Shown one piece after another: positions 1 to 8,120 of a stretch of DNA of 16,226 nucleotides. The DNA is from Oligoflexales bacterium (GTDB lineage Bacteria; Bdellovibrionota_B; Oligoflexia; Oligoflexales; Bog-1112). Numbering within the stretch: the first letter of the stretch is position 1; every line of letters begins with the position of its first letter. The notes beneath the pieces are model-generated. The model was not told the DNA's origin, made no database searches, and saw only the letters and a list, made by a program, of their open reading frames with translations. The DNA lies in assembly GCA_045106415.1 (NCBI GenBank), contig JBGCEP010000083.1, positions 1 to 16,226 on the forward strand, read 5' to 3'. A program made the translations under genes and the position numbers.

Positions 1-1027
1 CAGCCACTGGTGCAAGCGAGATGTACATTACTAACACTTCAGGGTGTTCTTCAGATGGATCTTGGGAAGCGTATGCGACTTCAAAAGCCGGGTGGACTTT
101 AGGGCAAACAAACGCGACGGCAACTGTTTACACTAAATACAAAGACGAAGCAGGTAATGAATCAGCTTGTATTAACGATACAATCACTCATGATGATACT
201 GCACCAACGAGCCCAATGGTCACAATTGCTGGAGGTAGCTCTACTTCTGACGGAACACCCGATTTAATATTATCAGCAGTTAGTGCGGACTATATGTACA
301 TTACGAATACGTCTGGTTGTGGATCTGGTGGCACATGGGAAGCTTACGCGACTTCGAAAGCCAATTGGACGCTCGGTCAAACAAATGCAGTTGCGACTGT
401 CTACGCTAAATATAAAGATGAGGCAGGAAATGAATCAACCTGCGCCAACGATACAATCACTCACGATGATACAGCTCCTGGTTCTCCCTCTCTTGTAATT
501 AGCGGTGGAACGCATACTTTAGATGCAACTCCAGATTTAACTCTATCAGCAGCTGACGCAAGTGAAATGTATATAACAAACACTTCAGGCTGTGGATCTG
601 GCGGCACATGGGAAGCTTATGCAACCTCTAAGTCCAATTGGACTCTAGCCCAGACGAATGCCGTTGCAACAGTGTATGTGAAGTATAAAGATGCTTTAAG
701 CAATACAACAAGTTGTGTGAACGACACAATAACACATGATAATGTGGGGCCAACCAGCCCCGCAATGCTTATCTCTAGTGGTGCTACTTACACGACAAGT
801 TCTTCAGTGACGTTATCTCCAGCTGCTACTTCTGCCAGTGATATGTACATCACAAATACTTCTGGTTGTGGATCAGGAGGGTCTTGGGAAACTTATGCGA
901 CTACTAAAGCGGGTTGGTCTCTAGGACAAACAAACTCAACTGCCACAGTTTACGCTAAATACAAAGACGAAGCTGGAAATGAATCGACCTGTGAAAACGA
1001 TACGATTGTGCATGACAACATAGCCCC
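1..1027 (+). repeat. Intragenic tandem repeats of 273-276 bp (91-92 aa); four copies visible, the last partial
   Basis: The MYITNTSGC unit starts at 21, 294, 567 and 843 (spacings 273, 273, 276). Each copy has WE(A/T)YAT(S/T)KxxWxLxQTNxxATVYxKYKDxxxNxxxCxNDTIxHD with two Cys. Synonymous sites have diverged. Confidence 0.95.
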
Positions 1028-2135
1028 TTCTGACCCTAGTTCTTTTGTTGATGGAGTCGAATCCAAAGATCTCACAGAGTCTGCAGATATGACTTGGGTA
1101 ACGAGTACAGATGCTGGATCTGGGTTTTCTTCTTATGAGCTTTCATTAGGAACTTCATCAGGGGCAACCGATGTGCAAGATTGGACGGATATCGGCGATG
1201 TATTAACAACATCGATGACAGGTTTATCTTTGACTGAGGGGACAACCTATTACGCAAACATACGAGGGTTAGATAACGCTGGGAATATTAGCTCTGTCGT
1301 TAGCGGAGATGGGTTTGCTGGGTTTGATCCAATTGATTGTTCAGGGCTAAGCGGTGGAACTTGGGTTGGCGTACCAGGAGATAGTGATTATGGGACCTCC
1401 GATTTCTGTGTCATGAAATATGAGGCAAAAAATGTTTCTAGCGCTCCTGAATCTAACGCAGCAGGTTCGCCTTGGGTGAGTATTTCTCAAACCACCTCAG
1501 TGACAGAGTGCGCGTCCCTAGGTGGAAGTTATCGTCTAATAACAAATGAGGAATGGATGACGATTGCCTCAAATGTTGCCAATGTTGATGAAAACTGGAG
1601 TGGTGGTACCGTTGGAAGCGGCGTGATGAACCGTGGGCATTCAGATAACTCTCCGTCTAACAGTTTAGCGGCAAGTACGGATGATGATGACCCTTGTTCA
1701 GGAACAGGTCAAACCTGTGATGCTTCGACATGGCACGAACAAAGAAGAACCCACAAGCTTTCAAATGGGGAAGTCATCTGGGATTTATCTGGGAATGTCC
1801 GCAATTGGACCAGCGCATATGAAGTAGCCGGGAAGATCTGCGGAGGGTGCACCGGATGGAAAGAGTATTCCGAATCGTTGTCAGATGGTGCCAACTGGTC
1901 TGTGATTGACTTAGTCCCTAGAAACTCTCAAAAAGGATTTTGGGATGATACCTGGGATTCAGACCAAGAAATAGGACGATACGTTGGGAATACAAACATC
2001 TCGGGAGGTGCGCTACACAGAGGGGGTGGTTGGGCTAACGCTTCTTACGCTGGCGTGTTCACTGCGGATATGTATGATCCGGAATACCGTGTATACACGA
2101 ACCTCGGCTTTCGCTGCTCAGCCTCTGTTCCTTGA
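1..2135 (+). CDS. Large surface/adhesin-like protein, 5'-truncated by the window edge: tandem Ig-like repeats + FN3-like domain + C-terminal FGE-sulfatase (CLec-fold) domain
   Basis: The frame is open upstream of ATG 21 (gcc act ggt gca agc gag = ATGASE, matching the repeat context 'AADASEMYITN'), so the true start lies outside the window. FN3-like segment ~1024-1320 (DAGSGFSSYELSLGTSSG...YYANIRGLDNAGN). CLec/FGE motifs from ~1335: FCVMKYEAK, PWVSIS, RLITNEEW, IWDLSGNVRNW, RGGGW...LGFRC. Confidence 0.85.
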   Translation, partial: ATGASEMYITNTSGCSSDGSWEAYATSKAGWTLGQTNATATVYTKYKDEAGNESACINDTITHDDTAPTSPMVTIAGGSSTSDGTPDLILSAVSADYMYITNTSGCGSGGTWEAYATSKANWTLGQTNAVATVYAKYKDEAGNESTCANDTITHDDTAPGSPSLVISGGTHTLDATPDLTLSAADASEMYITNTSGCGSGGTWEAYATSKSNWTLAQTNAVATVYVKYKDALSNTTSCVNDTITHDNVGPTSPAMLISSGATYTTSSSVTLSPAATSASDMYITNTSGCGSGGSWETYATTKAGWSLGQTNSTATVYAKYKDEAGNESTCENDTIVHDNIAPSDPSSFVDGVESKDLTESADMTWVTSTDAGSGFSSYELSLGTSSGATDVQDWTDIGDVLTTSMTGLSLTEGTTYYANIRGLDNAGNISSVVSGDGFAGFDPIDCSGLSGGTWVGVPGDSDYGTSDFCVMKYEAKNVSSAPESNAAGSPWVSISQTTSVTECASLGGSYRLITNEEWMTIASNVANVDENWSGGTVGSGVMNRGHSDNSPSNSLAASTDDDDPCSGTGQTCDASTWHEQRRTHKLSNGEVIWDLSGNVRNWTSAYEVAGKICGGCTGWKEYSESLSDGANWSVIDLVPRNSQKGFWDDTWDSDQEIGRYVGNTNISGGALHRGGGWANASYAGVFTADMYDPEYRVYTNLGFRCSASVP

Positions 2136-2289
2136 TCTCAGTTTTAGGCATTTCTCTATACAAGAGGGCTGCAGTAGCTGCCTTACTCTGTTGATTTGAA
2201 TAGAGGAGTCATAATCCTTTAGAGTCTGGATACACAGTTACTTCCATGAATTAGACATTTAAGATTTCCCGGAAAATAATCTTTAATTT

Positions 2290-2800
2290 GCAAAAGAATC
2301 TGGAGAAATTTCAAAGATTCGTAGAAGAAAAACCTGACAGAAGTTCTGTTGCAAATACTTAAAACGTATTGGTTTCAAAAATAAAAAACTTCCGGATATA
2401 AAAACCGGTGTGGCATTAAATGCAAAAGAATTTCTAGAAAATATTGAGAAAAAAAGATAAAAACATCTTGTGTATAGACGAATTTGGAGTCCAACTAAAT
2501 GAAGTATGTCAACGGGGTTTGTGTCATATAAGCTCTTGTCTTCAAAGCCTTAAGGAAGGTTCACAACATCGTGCAGTAAGCATTATTGGTACTCTCAATA
2601 ACCAAAATGAACGCATTGCACCATTAAGTTTTTAATATGTATATCGAGGAGGTTTTGAGTTCATCATTTAGATGAAAATATACTTATTATCCTAGATAAC
2701 GCTTCATTTCATAAATCTTCTGATATTCTTCAAATTGTGAAAGCAAATAAAGCTGAAGTTTTATATTTACCTCCATCATAGTCTTGACTTCAATGTAGCC
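2290..2800 (+). pseudogene. Degenerate IS630-family transposase remnant
   Basis: Fragments in different frames with stops: LEKFQRFVEEKPD, LKRIGFKNKK, ILCIDEFG (first catalytic D), VSIIGTL, IILDNASFHKS (2692-2718, second D), EVLYLPP followed by a frameshifted HSLDFN (cf. LPPYSPDLNPIE). A possible right end '...gctata' lies near 2864. Confidence 0.85.
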
Positions 2801-3020
2801 CAATTTTGGGTGGTGTTTATGATGTTTTAAAAATAATGAGTAAATAGATATTAGCAATGCTATAGGATGGCTTAAATTCTATCGACAAACTTCCGTTCAC
2901 GTTCTACCCAGAAGATCTGACAGCAGCTCGAGGAGCTGTATTTTTGATAAAAAATCATCCATGGACGGCATTATCCAATATCCAATAATACCTAAGTGTT
3001 GGAAGGTTTTCTCTTTTAAA

Positions 3021-3118
3021 GCCTTATCGGAAACTTCAAACCGGATCAGTATAATAATGACTATTTATGAAAAATAACAATTATTGCTCGAATTTTTAAA
3101 TGAAGTTCCGATAAAGGC
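3021..3118. repeat. Imperfect 18-bp inverted repeat with a 62-bp spacer
   Basis: Left arm gccttatcggaaacttca (3021-3038). Reverse complement of the right arm tgaagttccgataaaggc (3101-3118) is gcctttatcggaacttca. The arms are identical apart from two 1-nt indels. Confidence 0.75.
3088..3114 (+). promoter_or_regulatory. Putative sigma28 (FliA)-type promoter of the Ig/PA14 lipoprotein gene
   Basis: TCGA-N15-TCCGATAA versus consensus TAAA-N15-GCCGATAA; ends ~58 bp before the ATG; SD GGAGGAG precedes ATG 3173. Confidence 0.5.
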
Positions 3119-3172
3119 AACACTCCTGCTGCTGTGACGCACCGGAGTTTTTAGAGAAAACTGGAGGAGTAT

Positions 3173-6100
3173 ATGGTGCGCGGGTTTATAGCTCTTTTAT
3201 TATGCCTAGGTCTTTTCGGCTGTGATAAAACACAGCCAGGAGAGTACGGCCAAAATAAGAGAACGAAACAAATCCCAGGCGAAAGCGCTGATGCTGTTAC
3301 AGAAAAAACCACCCCCTCAGAAGTCTCCGGTGAAGTAAATAGCAGTAATGCTAATACTTTACCATCTGGGTCAAGTGCCGTAGTGAGACTAGGTGTTCCT
3401 GTGCTTAGAGTTGAGCCATCTGTTGTTCAACTGACACCTGGTCAAGATCAAAAACTTCGTTTCTTTTTTGAAACAAGTCACGAATCGAAAGAAGTCACTC
3501 TAGATATTGAAATTAGGACAGAGGCTCAGAATATTGATGTTCAAAGGGACGAGCAAGGCCTTCTTCACATAAGTGGACTCGGCACCGGTGAGGGAGTCTT
3601 AGAAGCTTACTACGGTGAAGTGAAGGCTGAGGTTCCTTTTGTAGTTCAATTACCACAGGCTATTGGAATTCAATTTGTGCCACAAGTCTTTGATTTAGAA
3701 CCAGGAAGCTCACAGACATATAGGGTGAACGGATTAATGCCTGATGGCTCAACATTTGATGTGACACACCTGGTCCGCTGGAACACATCATCAAACGATG
3801 TGGTGGATGCTCAAGAAAACAATGATGGGTCTTTAAGTGTGACTGCGAAAACTCCTGGAGTATGGGAGCTGAATGGAGCAGCAATGGGTATGGTTGAAAG
3901 GCAAAAGGGTCATATTCAGCCTTATCCCGTAACGGGAATCATAGCAGAGCCATCACTGATTGTTCTTCAACCTGATCAAAAAATTGAAGTGGCTCTCCTG
4001 CTCGAAAGAGGAGGGTTTCAGTTCGATGCTTTAGAAGAAGAAATCGAGAGACAAGAAACATGGGAAGGGGTTGAAGCTTCATGGGATGAGGGGAGATTTT
4101 ATGTTGCTGCTCTAGAAGAGTCAGGAGAAGGGGTGATACGTCTTTCCTACCAAGATATCTCGATAGACATTTCTGTGGTGATCCGAGACCAGCAACCCTC
4201 ATATTTACGGCTTATTGCACCAGAATCTCTTGAACAAGGGATGAGTCGGCAAATATCTGTTTATGCCGTTTACCCAGACGGTAGCGTACAGGATGTGTCT
4301 TTGCTTGCTGATTGGAGCGTGGAAGGTGTAGAGGGGCAAGATATTGCAGAAATTAAAGTTTATGAAAAAAAGAAAAAAATTGAAGCTTTTGGAACAGGGG
4401 AACTTCAGCTCCAAGCTTCATGGAGTGAGATGAAGGTAGCGAAGAACATCATAGTTACACCTATGAAGCCTAGAGCCTTAGAACTCTCTACCTCTAAGAA
4501 AAATCTTGCCGTCAGAAGCTATGTTCAACTGAGAGCTCAAACTCTTGCGCAAAACCGTATCAACCAAGTGTCTTGCGATGTGCGGTGGACATCGCAGAAC
4601 CCTCAAATTATCAAATTAGTGGATCAGTGCGGACGATTTGAAGGAGTGGCTGTAGGAACATCTACGATTTCGGCTGAATGGAACGGCCTTAGTGCAAGCG
4701 TAAGTCTGAATGTAGAACCGTCTCCGATGAAAGAAATTGTTTTTGTTCATAAAGATATTGATATGGTGAAAGGACAAAAACAATCACTTCTCGTGCATGG
4801 AGTCCTAGAAAATGGAACAGTTGTCGCCCTGGATGTGAGAGATGTCCAAGTTCAGGTCCATAGTGCAGGTGTTGTTCAAATAGAAGCTTCGGAGAAGAAT
4901 TTAGTCGCAAAAGCCATCGGAGTGGGGTCTACTTTAATAAAAGCTCGTTATCAAGAATTTGAAGCGCAGATTAATCTGCATGTTGTTGCTGGGAAAATTA
5001 AAGAAATTGCTATCGTTCCTGATGCCATTGAAGTGGCTCTAGGGAATCAAACATCACTGCTCGCTGTTGGGTATTTTCAAGATGGAGCAGTGCGTGACTT
5101 TACGCAGGCTGTAAAGTGGAGTGTTGATGATAGTTCTATTGTACAAGTTCATCAACAAGAAGACGGCCATTATATTCTCAACACTTTAAGTACAGGTAAA
5201 ACAATTCTACGAGCTGACTATGAAGGGAAAAAAGCTGTTGCTATGGTTCAAGTTGTGGATGGATTTTTTGTTGAAATTGTGATCGAACCACGAGAACAAG
5301 TCGCAACATTTGATGATAACCCAGAAACAGGACGCAACGTAACGGTCTATGGTGTTCTTGCTGATGGGCGTAGAGTTGATGTGACAGATCAGGCCGTTTT
5401 GCAAAGCCTGAACCCAAATGTGATCGAAGCCGACAGCAATGTAAAAGGCCGATTTATTGATAAAGGGATCGGATTCGGGATGATTGAAGCAAGGCTAGAT
5501 GAGTTTCGTACAAGTGCTCGTATCGATGTTCGTAAACCATCTGAACCTGATGTCGTCTTAACTTTTGAAGGGCTCCCGGATGATAGAGAAGTCGAAAAAG
5601 GAAAAATAGCCAACATTCAATGGAGTGGTGGAATTGATGCCGTGTCTTGTGATGTGAGAGATATTTCAGGAAAGCTACTAGGGACAACAAGACAAGGAAA
5701 GGTTTCTGTCGATATTCAGGAAGATCAGGTTTTTACCGCGCGTTGTGAAAATGTTCTAGGAGAGTCAGATAAAAAGCATCTTGTTGTAGATCTTTTAAGG
5801 GATCTTAAGCTTACGCCATCTATTGTGGAAATTAGAGAAGGTGGCCATAAGCAAAAGTTTAAAGCAGAGTTTGTCCATGCGTTTGGCCCAGCGGATGTGT
5901 TTTGGGAGGTCATGGCACCTATTGGTGAAGATGGAGGGTATATTGATGAAAAAGGTGTTTATACAAGCCCTAAAAAAATTTTAGAGAGGATGAACGTTAG
6001 GGTTAAAGCAACACTTAAGACAGATACGTCAAAATTTGTGATGGGGATGATCCATATAAACCCAGAAGACACCATTTTTGTGCGGTGTTCTCAGGGGCAA

Positions 6101-6562
6101 AAACAGTTCCCTATTCTTGCTGAGATCTACCAAATGTCAGAAGACTCGACAGGTCTTCCTGATTATGATCAGCTAACAAAAATCGATGAAGTTTGTATGG
6201 ATGAGTATAATGTTGCTGTGAGAAAATTTACAGAAGGTTTTCCTAATGTACGTGATCTTATTGAATGGTTTTCCTTAAAAACGACAACAAAAATTATAGC
6301 CCCTCAAACAGGTATTTATACTTTCACACTAATTTCCGATGATGGAGCACAGCTGAAAATTGAAAACCGGATGGTTGTCGACAACGATGGTTTGCACCTC
6401 CCACAGTCTAGAAGTGGTCAGATTTATCTGGAAAAAGGCCAAAGTTATGAAGTGAATTTGAATTATTTTCAAGGACCAAGGTTTTATATCGCTCTGCAGT
6501 TGTTTTGGACTGTTCCAGGGAGTGAGCAAAGTGTGATTGTCCCAAGAGAGGTTTTTGAGTAA
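3173..6562 (+). CDS. Lipoprotein with multiple bacterial Ig-like (Big_2, invasin/Lig-type) repeats and a C-terminal PA14 domain; putative adhesin
   Basis: Lipobox signal MVRGFIALLLCLGLFG-C. Recurring motif VxGxxxDGxxxDVTxxxxW (VNGLMPDGSTFDVTHLVRW, VYAVYPDGSVQDVSLLADW, AVGYFQDGAVRDFTQAVKW, VYGVLADGRRVDVTDQA) and GxGxxxIxAxY strands. PA14 signature APQTGIYTFTLISDDGAQLKIENRMVVDNDGLH...YFQG...LQLFW at the C-terminus. Confidence 0.88.
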   Translation: MVRGFIALLLCLGLFGCDKTQPGEYGQNKRTKQIPGESADAVTEKTTPSEVSGEVNSSNANTLPSGSSAVVRLGVPVLRVEPSVVQLTPGQDQKLRFFFETSHESKEVTLDIEIRTEAQNIDVQRDEQGLLHISGLGTGEGVLEAYYGEVKAEVPFVVQLPQAIGIQFVPQVFDLEPGSSQTYRVNGLMPDGSTFDVTHLVRWNTSSNDVVDAQENNDGSLSVTAKTPGVWELNGAAMGMVERQKGHIQPYPVTGIIAEPSLIVLQPDQKIEVALLLERGGFQFDALEEEIERQETWEGVEASWDEGRFYVAALEESGEGVIRLSYQDISIDISVVIRDQQPSYLRLIAPESLEQGMSRQISVYAVYPDGSVQDVSLLADWSVEGVEGQDIAEIKVYEKKKKIEAFGTGELQLQASWSEMKVAKNIIVTPMKPRALELSTSKKNLAVRSYVQLRAQTLAQNRINQVSCDVRWTSQNPQIIKLVDQCGRFEGVAVGTSTISAEWNGLSASVSLNVEPSPMKEIVFVHKDIDMVKGQKQSLLVHGVLENGTVVALDVRDVQVQVHSAGVVQIEASEKNLVAKAIGVGSTLIKARYQEFEAQINLHVVAGKIKEIAIVPDAIEVALGNQTSLLAVGYFQDGAVRDFTQAVKWSVDDSSIVQVHQQEDGHYILNTLSTGKTILRADYEGKKAVAMVQVVDGFFVEIVIEPREQVATFDDNPETGRNVTVYGVLADGRRVDVTDQAVLQSLNPNVIEADSNVKGRFIDKGIGFGMIEARLDEFRTSARIDVRKPSEPDVVLTFEGLPDDREVEKGKIANIQWSGGIDAVSCDVRDISGKLLGTTRQGKVSVDIQEDQVFTARCENVLGESDKKHLVVDLLRDLKLTPSIVEIREGGHKQKFKAEFVHAFGPADVFWEVMAPIGEDGGYIDEKGVYTSPKKILERMNVRVKATLKTDTSKFVMGMIHINPEDTIFVRCSQGQKQFPILAEIYQMSEDSTGLPDYDQLTKIDEVCMDEYNVAVRKFTEGFPNVRDLIEWFSLKTTTKIIAPQTGIYTFTLISDDGAQLKIENRMVVDNDGLHLPQSRSGQIYLEKGQSYEVNLNYFQGPRFYIALQLFWTVPGSEQSVIVPREVFE

Positions 6563-6596
6563 AAGGTGGGTAAGTGTTTCCGTAGTGATGAAAGAA

Positions 6597-6619
6597 ATTA
6601 ACCAGAGGGCATGGTTAAT
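6597..6619. promoter_or_regulatory. Perfect 8-bp palindrome with a 7-nt spacer (operator or weak hairpin)
   Basis: attaacca-gagggca-tggttaat in the intergenic region between the two lipoprotein genes. Confidence 0.35.
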
Positions 6620-6663
6620 CCTAAAAAAATAGCAATAAAAACAAATTCTTAATAAATATTGAT

Positions 6664-6691
6664 TAGAGAGGAGCTTTTTTTGATCCGAACT
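6664..6691 (+). promoter_or_regulatory. Possible sigma28-type promoter of the 458 aa lipoprotein gene
   Basis: TAGA-N16-TCCGAACT, ending ~52 bp before ATG 6744; SD AGGAGAG at 6731-6737. Confidence 0.35.
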
Positions 6692-6743
6692 GTTCAATAA
6701 AATCGTGTTAGCCTTTTATGGATAATTCATAGGAGAGTAAGAC

Positions 6744-8120
6744 ATGATCCGCAAGTATAATACAGGTCTTGTTGCTTTATTCGTGGTGTTTGGTTTTTTA
6801 GCGTGTAAGCCTCAAACAAAATCAAGTACACCTGATGATAGTGGTGCAGGGGATGTTGTTGGTGAAGATCCTTTTGGTGGTGATGACACAGGTATCGTGC
6901 CCACTCCAGGTGAAATTATCCCGGTTGATGAACCTTTATATGACCCACCTTTGCCACCTTCGGCAGACGATTCTCCAGAAATATCGGATACAGAGGATGA
7001 AGTTGATGAGTCGAAAGAAACAGGTTCAGTTACTTCAAATCCGAGTACAAAGGTTGTCAGTGTAGATCTAAATAATTTAGCGGGTAACAAAGTCTATGCG
7101 ATAAACGCAAGTGGCCAAGCAGACTGGCTCAGCAGTTATAAGGCTGGTGAGTACATCATGGTTTGGGGAGCTCTAGGCGAATCCTTTAATCTAACCAAGA
7201 GTACTTCTCAAGGAAGCAGCCGGAGTTTAGGTCAAACGATAAAAGATAGAATTTTTGGAAGTAAAACGTCAGAGGTGAAGTCTGATCCTACGAGGCAAGA
7301 CTCGGTTGGTTCTGATTCAGAGACGTCTAGTAGCAGTAGCAGATCTGACGATGATGGTATTGTTTCTGATTTACGGGTTGAAGAATCAGGGTTAAATAGA
7401 GATGAAATAGCAGGGCCCGACGATGATGGAGTCGCTGAAGTGAGTATTCCTAGCGCTGCAGAAAAGCAAACACTTGTTCAAAGAGCAAAAGAAAAGTTTT
7501 CAGACCTCAAAAAAAGAGTGACGGATCGTTATAGTGATATGACCCCAGAACAAAAGAAAAGATATCAACAGTTGGGAATTGTTGCAGCCATCTCCGTGAG
7601 CTTAACTTTGATTGTTGCGTTGCCAGCTGCTTTGGCTGGAAAAGGTTCAGCAGTTGAAGAAGCCTTTTCTCAAGGGGAAACATCGACGGCCCAATGTTTG
7701 GATAGTCAGCAATGTGTAGTGATTGCAGGTAAGGTGCATAAACTTGATCAAGCAGCTTCTTTAGAAGAGCTTGCGTGTTTATATGAACCTAAAAATGATA
7801 AAAATGGTAAACCAGTTGTTATTGACGGAAAACAACAATATTCTTGCAATGTCGAAAATGGAAAAATAATAGGAAGCATGAATCAAAGCTCAGGAAGTTT
7901 TTCAGCGGGTGATGGAGGAGATATCCTTGTTTATGACCACTCTGAGTGTGTAAAAAGCTTCGGTTCTAAGCAAAGTTGTCAAAAGAAACCGATACGGCTG
8001 TCAGAAATGAAATCTGTAGGTACGCAAACTATCGTTGGTGTTGTCATTGATCCAACGACTGGTGAGTTGACTAAAAAATGGGTGAGTGTGCAAGGAGAGG
8101 TGCTAGAGCCGTCTTTGTAA
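6744..8120 (+). CDS. Hypothetical lipoprotein with low-complexity acidic/Ser/Pro regions, one internal transmembrane helix and a Cys-containing C-terminal domain
   Basis: Lipobox LVALFVVFGFLA-C; good SD; hydrophobic stretch LGIVAAISVSLTLIVALPAALAG (7572-7640) preceded by KKR; six Cys after the helix. No family recognised. Confidence 0.8.
   Translation: MIRKYNTGLVALFVVFGFLACKPQTKSSTPDDSGAGDVVGEDPFGGDDTGIVPTPGEIIPVDEPLYDPPLPPSADDSPEISDTEDEVDESKETGSVTSNPSTKVVSVDLNNLAGNKVYAINASGQADWLSSYKAGEYIMVWGALGESFNLTKSTSQGSSRSLGQTIKDRIFGSKTSEVKSDPTRQDSVGSDSETSSSSSRSDDDGIVSDLRVEESGLNRDEIAGPDDDGVAEVSIPSAAEKQTLVQRAKEKFSDLKKRVTDRYSDMTPEQKKRYQQLGIVAAISVSLTLIVALPAALAGKGSAVEEAFSQGETSTAQCLDSQQCVVIAGKVHKLDQAASLEELACLYEPKNDKNGKPVVIDGKQQYSCNVENGKIIGSMNQSSGSFSAGDGGDILVYDHSECVKSFGSKQSCQKKPIRLSEMKSVGTQTIVGVVIDPTTGELTKKWVSVQGEVLEPSL

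Noticed and set aside
1..1027. Repeats as a CRISPR array or non-coding repeat
   Set aside because: The units are 273-276 bp, in frame, have no unique spacers and diverge mainly at synonymous sites, so they are protein domain repeats.
1335..2135. Catalytic formylglycine-generating enzyme
   Set aside because: The core lacks the FGE catalytic cysteine motif after RGG, the domain caps a repeat stalk, and no sulfatase is adjacent. A binding-type CLec fold fits better.
2444..2635. 63 aa ORF as a real gene
   Set aside because: It is one frame fragment of the decayed IS630 transposase.
2860..3050. CsrB/Rsm-type sRNA suggested by several GGA motifs
   Set aside because: The GGA motifs are few, irregular and mostly not in hairpin loops, which is compatible with chance.
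2136..3172. DGR template repeat or RT in the intergenic region
   Set aside because: No AAC-rich copy of 2019-2117 and no RT motifs were found by eye; most of the region is explained by the IS630 relic.
3660..7090. Short antisense or alternate-frame ORFs within the lipoprotein genes (e.g. 3939-4202, 6329-6697, 6812-7090)
   Set aside because: They are shadows of long, domain-bearing ORFs, with no motifs or SD.
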